A stretch of 64,000 nt of DNA, taken from the IMG/VR virus record IMGVR_UViG_3300025679_000005; one strand, given 5' to 3'. The notes under the pieces are model-generated. The model ran no database searches and was not told where the DNA came from. It was given only the letters and a program-made list of their open reading frames with translations. A program made the translations under genes and the position numbers. Of the stretch, positions 62,350 to 64,000 are shown piece by piece. Each line of letters opens with the position of its first letter. The stretch's first letter is position 1. This DNA comes from a virus. Lineage: Duplodnaviria > Caudoviricetes.

Positions 62350-63462
62350 ATGCGCTGTGGTGTAATTCGAGGTGATCTCCCGGGTCCGATCCATTTGATG
62401 GATCTGGAGCCGGTTTCTCAATTCAATGCTCCGACTGAGCCCAAGGGCCAGGAGCGTACTATCGGTCGTCCAACGACGGCTAGGCTTGATGCTGTGTTGG
62501 CGAACGCCACCACAGGTGCCGGCGCTGTCATTCAGGGCTCGGACATCTCTGGAAGCTTCCCGCTGACCCTAGTGGCTGCAACCAGTGACACGCTGAAAGT
62601 ACGCACATCGGCTTCTGGTGCGTTCTCGACAGTGGTGATTGTTGCCGCTGCTTACGCCAGCATCACGACATTGGTAGCTGCCATCAACGTCGCCCTCAAG
62701 GGTACCGGCGTTACAGCTTTCACAGGCGTCGGCTCTGGCGGTCGCGTTTCGTTCGAAGGCCCACACGGTGCCAGTGCTTACGTGGAAACGGCTACTGTTA
62801 CCCACTCGGCATATGCATTGTTGGGTCTCACAGCCACTTCGCGTACAACCCCGGCTTCAGCGACTTTCATCACTGCCTTGAACCCGATCAGCGGCACACT
62901 CGATGTGTCGACTGCTACGATCAATGCCGTTGGCACGAGCACGAATTCCAACGCTCTGTCGTTGATCCCATCGACTCGTGGAACCCAGGCGGCAATTGCG
63001 GATGCAATCGCCCCGAAGTTCGTCGAGACCGCCGTGGCCATTGACAGCTTCTTGGTTGGCATGCTTTCCGAGTATCGCTCGGCCAGCTACAACCCGGACT
63101 CCCGTCGTCTGCCCTCTCTAGGCGCAGCCGCTGCCATCTCCGTGGTCCAGGACGATGGCGTGACTGCCTTCGCCCCGACTCTGCCCGTCGTTTCGAGTGC
63201 GACCCACGATTCTCCGACCTCCGGCGCTCTGACGATCGCTGGCACTGGCCTGGGCGTCTACGACCGCAAAGAGACCGTAGTCAAGCTCACGGGTAAGGTC
63301 AGCAAGACCCTGTCCCAGATCGTCATCGAGAGGGCAGGCGGCTCCGTCGCTGCTACCGCGATTGTGATTCCGGCCTCGCTCCTTGCGGGTCTGACCGTCA
63401 CCACGACCTCTGTGCAGGTCAAGGTTCGCCAACGGGCTTCGCTCATCGTCGCCGTCGTCTGA
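62350..63462 (+). CDS. Putative virion protein with C-terminal IPT/TIG-like domain
   Basis: Ala/Thr/Ser-rich; PVVSSATHDSP...AGTGL; RBS AAGGAG. Confidence 0.68.
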   Translation: MRCGVIRGDLPGPIHLMDLEPVSQFNAPTEPKGQERTIGRPTTARLDAVLANATTGAGAVIQGSDISGSFPLTLVAATSDTLKVRTSASGAFSTVVIVAAAYASITTLVAAINVALKGTGVTAFTGVGSGGRVSFEGPHGASAYVETATVTHSAYALLGLTATSRTTPASATFITALNPISGTLDVSTATINAVGTSTNSNALSLIPSTRGTQAAIADAIAPKFVETAVAIDSFLVGMLSEYRSASYNPDSRRLPSLGAAAAISVVQDDGVTAFAPTLPVVSSATHDSPTSGALTIAGTGLGVYDRKETVVKLTGKVSKTLSQIVIERAGGSVAATAIVIPASLLAGLTVTTTSVQVKVRQRASLIVAVV

Positions 63463-63480
63463 GCCCTATAGTTACATTGA

Positions 63481-63504
63481 GAACCCCCTCGATTGAGGGG
63501 GTTC
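63481..63504 (+). terminator. Strong hairpin after the structural gene (no U-tract)
   Basis: GAACCCCCTC-gatt-GAGGGGGTTC perfect 10-bp stem. Confidence 0.45.
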
Positions 63505-63576
63505 AGATATAGATCCCAGATCCAAATCCATACGAGAACTAACGACCCCTTTGATGGGTCGAGATTGGAATCCCAA

Positions 63577-63828
63577 ATGAAGCCTACTACCCCTGAAAAT
63601 GAGTTTCGCACGTCCGATCTTTACTTCGCCGCGTATCTGCAAGTTGCTGGAGTCACCATGACTCGCACTGATCGCAACGGCTCCGGTAAGGTCAGTTTCA
63701 TCTTCGACACTTCGATCAGCAACATCGAAGAACTAAAGAACGCCTGGTTTAGCCAAGGTGGTAAAGTGGCAGCGTTACCTTATGCTAACGCTGTAAAAAC
63801 CCTTAAATCGGTTTGCCACATGCCGTGA
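63577..63828 (+). CDS. Small DUF5659-like protein
   Basis: FRTSDLYFAAYLQVAG...GKVSFIFD...Y.NAVKTLK pattern recalled for DUF5659. Confidence 0.5.
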   Translation: MKPTTPENEFRTSDLYFAAYLQVAGVTMTRTDRNGSGKVSFIFDTSISNIEELKNAWFSQGGKVAALPYANAVKTLKSVCHMP

Positions 63829-63851
63829 TACTTAGTAACATCGGCGATACC

Positions 63852-64000
63852 ATGAAGCGATGTACTAGGTGCGACATCCCGAAAGAGTTGTCGGAGTTTC
63901 CAAAGGACAAGAGCAAGAAGGATGGGCACTACCCTGTCTGCAAGCCTTGCCGTAGTCCTTTGACTAAGGTTTCGTATGTTGTGAATCGCGAAGGGATTCG
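63852..64000 (+). CDS. 5' end of another HNH/EndoVII-type endonuclease (runs off the window)
   Basis: MKRCTRCDIPKELSEFPKDKSKKDGHYPVCKPC, same zinc motif as in 39442. Confidence 0.65.
   Translation, partial: MKRCTRCDIPKELSEFPKDKSKKDGHYPVCKPCRSPLTKVSYVVNREGI

Noticed and set aside
1-64000. tRNA or rRNA genes, stop-codon reassignment, or a cellular/eukaryotic-virus origin
   Set aside because: Intergenic gaps are too short or lack cloverleaf motifs; genes are full length under code 11; SD sequences, overlapping operons and the terminase-portal-protease-capsid order indicate a tailed bacteriophage

Overview
This window is from a large tailed dsDNA bacteriophage (jumbo-phage-like), almost all coded on the + strand. 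There is no rRNA, tRNA, CRISPR array or reverse transcriptase. About 0.2-19.6 kb is a bacterial-type replication/recombination block: NAD-dependent ligase, RecD2-like helicase, SSB-like protein, RuvC-like resolvase, RecA, SbcCD/Rad50-Mre11 with SbcC split across separate genes, a Cas4/AddB-like nuclease, beta-clamp, primase core, DnaX, a NusG::5'-3' exonuclease fusion and a tandem sigma4-HTH protein. About 20.8-47 kb is head morphogenesis: large terminase, portal and prohead protease each carry a LAGLIDADG intein, followed by scaffold, decoration protein(s) and major capsid protein. About 47-64 kb is accessory and virion genes: a zinc-finger/dual-nuclease/amino-methyltransferase fusion, zincin-like peptidases, an ADP-ribosyltransferase-like gene, three GIY-YIG endonucleases with variable 17-aa repeat arrays, and Ig-like proteins. 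The most interesting leads are (1) the GIY-YIG nucleases with variable repeat arrays, (2) short peptide tags (RV[VA]AR[FY]xxA, YDRTA, [KR]-[TEQ]-A) shared by head-region and putative effector proteins, which suggest a capsid-targeting/cleavage cargo system, (3) the split Rad50, (4) the NusG-exonuclease fusion, (5) the nuclease-methyltransferase fusion, and (6) phage promoter motifs coupled to hairpins that cover ribosome-binding sites. All family assignments come from motifs read by eye; no database searches were run.
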